From the NCBI GenBank assembly GCA_031459875.1, contig JAVKHQ010000009.1, forward strand, positions 1-64,000: DNA of 64,000 nt, read 5' to 3'. This DNA is from Candidatus Fervidifonticultor sextus (lineage in GTDB: Bacteria; Sysuimicrobiota; Sysuimicrobiia; Sysuimicrobiales; Humicultoraceae). Below, in pieces: positions 60,949-64,000 of the stretch (position 1 is the stretch's first letter; each line of letters opens with the position of its first letter). The position numbers were made by a program, and so were the translations under genes. Below the pieces are notes generated by a model. It saw nothing but the letters and a program-made list of their open reading frames with translations, had not been told where the DNA came from and did not search any database.

Positions 60949-62540
60949 GGGAGCAGCGGACGCCCGAGGTGGTCACGGCAGACGGCATTCCGGTGGAGGT
61001 GGTCTACGGGCCGCAGCACGTGCGGGAGGACTACCTGCGCGATCTGGGCGCCCCCGGGGAGTTCCCCTACACCCGCGGCATCTACCCCACGATGTACCGC
61101 GGCCGCCTGTGGACGATGCGGCAGTACGCCGGCTACGGGGGTGCCGAGGAGTCAAACCGGCGGTACCGCTACCTCCTGGAGCAGGGTCAGACCGGGCTCT
61201 CGATCGCCTTTGATCTCCCGACCCAGATGGGGTACGACTCCGACCATCCGGAGGCGCTGGCCGAGGTCGGCAAGGTCGGCGTGGCCATCGACACGCTGGC
61301 CGACATGGAGATCCTCTTCGGCGGCATCCCCCTCGACCGTGTCTCGACCTCCATGACGATCAACGCCACGGCGGCAGTCCTGTTGGCCATGTACGTCGCC
61401 GTGGCGGAGAAGCAGGGCGTGCCGCCCGACCGTCTCGACGGCACGACGCAGAACGACATCCTCAAGGAATACATCGCCCGCCGCACCTACATCTACCCGC
61501 CGGGGCCGTCGCTGCGCCTGGTCACCGACACCTTCGCCTTCTGCGCACGGCACCTGCCCCGGTGGAACCCGATCAGCATCAGCGGTTACCACATGCGGGA
61601 AGCCGGCGCAACGGCGGTTCAGGAGGTGGCCTTCACCATCGCCAACGGCCTGACCTACCTCCAGGCGGCGATCGACGCCGGCCTCGAGGTGGACCAGATC
61701 GCGCCTCGGCTCTCGTTCTTCTTCGCGGCGCAGATGCACCTGCTGGAGGAGGTCGCCAAGTTCCGGGCGGCGCGCCGGCTGTGGGCGCGGCTGGTCTGCG
61801 ACCGCTTCCGGCCAAAGGACCCGCGCTCGACGATGCTCCGGTTCCACACCCAGACGGCTGGCGCCGCGCTCACCGCCCAGCAGCCGGACAACAACGTGGT
61901 CCGGGTGACGATCCAGGCTCTGGCCGCGGTGCTGGGCGGCACCCAGTCGCTGCACACCAACGCGCGGGACGAGGCCCTGGCACTACCCAGCGAGGCCTCG
62001 GCGCTGCTGGCGCTGCGGACCCAGCAGATCATCGCCTACGAGAGCGATGTGGCCGCCACCGCCGATCCGCTGGGCGGCGCGTACTTCATCGAGCACCTGA
62101 CCGACGAGATCGAGCAGCGGGCGGCGGGGCTGATCTCGCAGATCGAAGCCACCGGCGGGGTGCTGCGGGCCATCGAGAACGGCTGGATCGAGCGTGAGAT
62201 CGCCGAGAGCGCCTACCGGGAGGCGCAGGCGGTCGAGCGGGGCGAGCAGGTCGTCGTTGGCGTCAACCGGTTCGCAAGCGGTGCGCCCGCGCGCATCGAC
62301 CTCCAGCGCATCGACCCCGAGGTCGTTGACCGGCAGCTCGAGCGCCTCAGGCGCGTGCGGGCCGGGCGCGACGGGGCCGCGGTGGCGCGGGCGCTGGAGC
62401 GCCTGGGCGACGCGGCGCGCGGCCCCGACAACCTCCTCCCTCCGATCCTGGAGGCGGTGCGCGCCTACGCCACTATCGGGGAGATCTGCGACGTGCTACG
62501 GGGAGCCTTCAGCCGCTACCGGCCGCCGATCGTGGTCTAG
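60945..62540 (+). CDS. Methylmalonyl-CoA mutase, catalytic (large) subunit lacking the B12-binding domain
   Basis: [31 protein letters not shown] and GGTQSLHTN motifs; RQY Tyr is consistent with methylmalonyl-CoA specificity. Confidence 0.92.
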   Translation: MREQRTPEVVTADGIPVEVVYGPQHVREDYLRDLGAPGEFPYTRGIYPTMYRGRLWTMRQYAGYGGAEESNRRYRYLLEQGQTGLSIAFDLPTQMGYDSDHPEALAEVGKVGVAIDTLADMEILFGGIPLDRVSTSMTINATAAVLLAMYVAVAEKQGVPPDRLDGTTQNDILKEYIARRTYIYPPGPSLRLVTDTFAFCARHLPRWNPISISGYHMREAGATAVQEVAFTIANGLTYLQAAIDAGLEVDQIAPRLSFFFAAQMHLLEEVAKFRAARRLWARLVCDRFRPKDPRSTMLRFHTQTAGAALTAQQPDNNVVRVTIQALAAVLGGTQSLHTNARDEALALPSEASALLALRTQQIIAYESDVAATADPLGGAYFIEHLTDEIEQRAAGLISQIEATGGVLRAIENGWIEREIAESAYREAQAVERGEQVVVGVNRFASGAPARIDLQRIDPEVVDRQLERLRRVRAGRDGAAVARALERLGDAARGPDNLLPPILEAVRAYATIGEICDVLRGAFSRYRPPIVV

Positions 62541-62555
62541 ATCCCCGGGGGAGCC

Positions 62556-63353
62556 GTGCCGCTTCGGTCCGGCGTCGAGCACGAGGTCACGCTGGTCATC
62601 GCCTCGGATGTCCCCGAGGCGGTGGCGGAGCGCCTCGCCGATCTCACGGACCTCGCAGGCTACCGGCTCCTGGCGCCCCAGACCCACGCGATCCGAGACG
62701 TCCACTTCGACACGCCCGACCGAGCCCTGGAGGCCCGGGACCTGGCGCTGCGCCTGAGGGAGATCGACGGCCAGCGGTGGATCTCCGTGAAAGGCCCCGC
62801 GCGCCCGCTGCCCGGCGGCGGCGTGGCGCGGCCGGAGTTTGAACGGCCCTGGTCCCCCGAAGCCGTTGTGGCGGCACTCGACGAACTGGCCCGTGCCGGC
62901 GTCACGCTTCCGGCGGTCGGGCCTGCGCCGGCCGGTCTTGGCGCCCGCGAGGGCATGCTGGCCGCGGGCCTGGAGGTGATCCAGGACCGCGAGACGCGCA
63001 GGGTGGTCCGGGCCGTCGTGACGGAGAAGGGGGAACCGTCTCTGGCCCAGCTGGCCGTGGACGCCGTGGTCTTCCACCTGCGGGGCGTCGATGTCCGCCA
63101 CCATGAGGTGGAGATCGAGGCTGCCTCCGAAGCCGGACGGGAGGTCCTCCCCCTTCTGGCGGGGACCCTCCTCCGGCAGTTCGGGCCGGCGCTGCGCGTG
63201 GGTCTCCAGAGCAAACTCGCGATCGGCAGGGCCCTGGAGTGCCTGCTGCGGCAGGGGGTCCTCTGGGGTGTCCTGGATAGGCGTGGGAATCTGACGCCCG
63301 CCGGCTACGACCGCCTCGTGGCCTGCGGACCAATTCCCCACAACCGCGGATGA
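62556..63353 (+). CDS. CYTH (triphosphate tunnel metalloenzyme) domain protein
   Basis: EHE, DVHFDTPD, LALRLRE, ISVKGP, EVEIE and SKL motifs. Confidence 0.82.
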   Translation: MPLRSGVEHEVTLVIASDVPEAVAERLADLTDLAGYRLLAPQTHAIRDVHFDTPDRALEARDLALRLREIDGQRWISVKGPARPLPGGGVARPEFERPWSPEAVVAALDELARAGVTLPAVGPAPAGLGAREGMLAAGLEVIQDRETRRVVRAVVTEKGEPSLAQLAVDAVVFHLRGVDVRHHEVEIEAASEAGREVLPLLAGTLLRQFGPALRVGLQSKLAIGRALECLLRQGVLWGVLDRRGNLTPAGYDRLVACGPIPHNRG

Positions 63354-63414
63354 GGCGCTGGCAGCCTTCCCGGCAGGTGGAGTCGGTGGCGCCGACCTGC
63401 TATCCTGGCACCAG

Positions 63415-64000
63415 ATGCGCCGCCATGAACTGCCGCAACTCGTCTCCGAGGTCGTCGCCGGCTCACCCCTGGCGGCGGGCCGCCTGATCTCCCTGCTGGA
63501 GAACGACGGCGAGCAGGCTGCCGACATCCTGCAGGGACTCCTTCCCCACGCCGGCCGGGCTCACGTGGTCGGGATCACCGGCCCCCCTGGCTCCGGCAAG
63601 AGCACGCTGGTCAACGCCGCGATCCGGGGCCTGCGGGCGCAGGGCCGGCGGGTCGGTGTGGTCGCCGTGGACCCGACCAGCCCCTTCACCGGCGGCGCGC
63701 TGCTTGGGGACCGCATCCGGATGCAGGACCACAGCACCGACCCCGACGTCTTCATCCGCTCCATGGCGACGCGCGGCAGCCTGGGCGGGCTGGCGCCGGC
63801 TGCAGGGCAGGCCGTCACGGTCCTGGATGCCTGGGGAGCGGCGGTGGTCTTCGTGGAGACCGTCGGCACCGGGCAGGCCGAGGTGGACGTCGTGGCCGCC
63901 GCCGACACCGTCGTGGTGATTACCGCGCCGGGGCTGGGTGACAGCATCCAGACCCTCAAGGCCGGCATCATGGAAATCGGTGACATCTTCGTGGTCAACA
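63415..64000 (+). CDS. meaB: MeaB/ArgK GTPase chaperone of methylmalonyl-CoA mutase (runs off window end)
   Basis: Manual translation: GITGPPGSGKST, VAVDPTSPFTGGALLGDRIRM, RSMATRG, ETVGTGQAE and KAGIMEIGD. Confidence 0.95.
   Translation, partial: MRRHELPQLVSEVVAGSPLAAGRLISLLENDGEQAADILQGLLPHAGRAHVVGITGPPGSGKSTLVNAAIRGLRAQGRRVGVVAVDPTSPFTGGALLGDRIRMQDHSTDPDVFIRSMATRGSLGGLAPAAGQAVTVLDAWGAAVVFVETVGTGQAEVDVVAAADTVVVITAPGLGDSIQTLKAGIMEIGDIFVVN

Overview
High-GC bacterial chromosomal window. Gene content suggests an Armatimonadota/CSP1-3-like or related terrabacterial lineage, but this is inference only. The housekeeping backbone comprises dinB (partial), a TPP-riboswitch thiamine salvage operon (PhnD-like binding protein, Na+/solute symporter, thiW-thiM-thiE-thiL-thiD), an M16 peptidase pair, F420 genes (npdG, cofE), a peptide ABC transporter, tandem-domain thyX, two PQQ/sorbosone dehydrogenases, iscS, a complete nuoA-N operon, lgt, ligA and an acyl-CoA carboxylase / methylmalonyl-CoA mutase / meaB cluster. 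The most striking non-obvious structure is a ~2.9 kb element (43803-46724) bounded by ~128 bp imperfect terminal inverted repeats ending in GGGG(G)TAC and flanked by a 12-14 bp target-site duplication. It holds only decayed cargo: an IS256 pseudogene and fragments of a CARF/Csx14-LuxR gene, cas6 and type I RM hsdR. Other notable items are a SAM-I riboswitch driving thrB + thrC-like + sulfur-carrier genes next to a core methionine synthase, an archaeal-type adenylate kinase fused to an Rcl/NDT N-glycosidase, a protein with a C-terminal Hfq/Sm domain and a possible internal start, and several small gene scars (PIN, VOC, panB). All family assignments come from motif recognition by eye; no searches were run.
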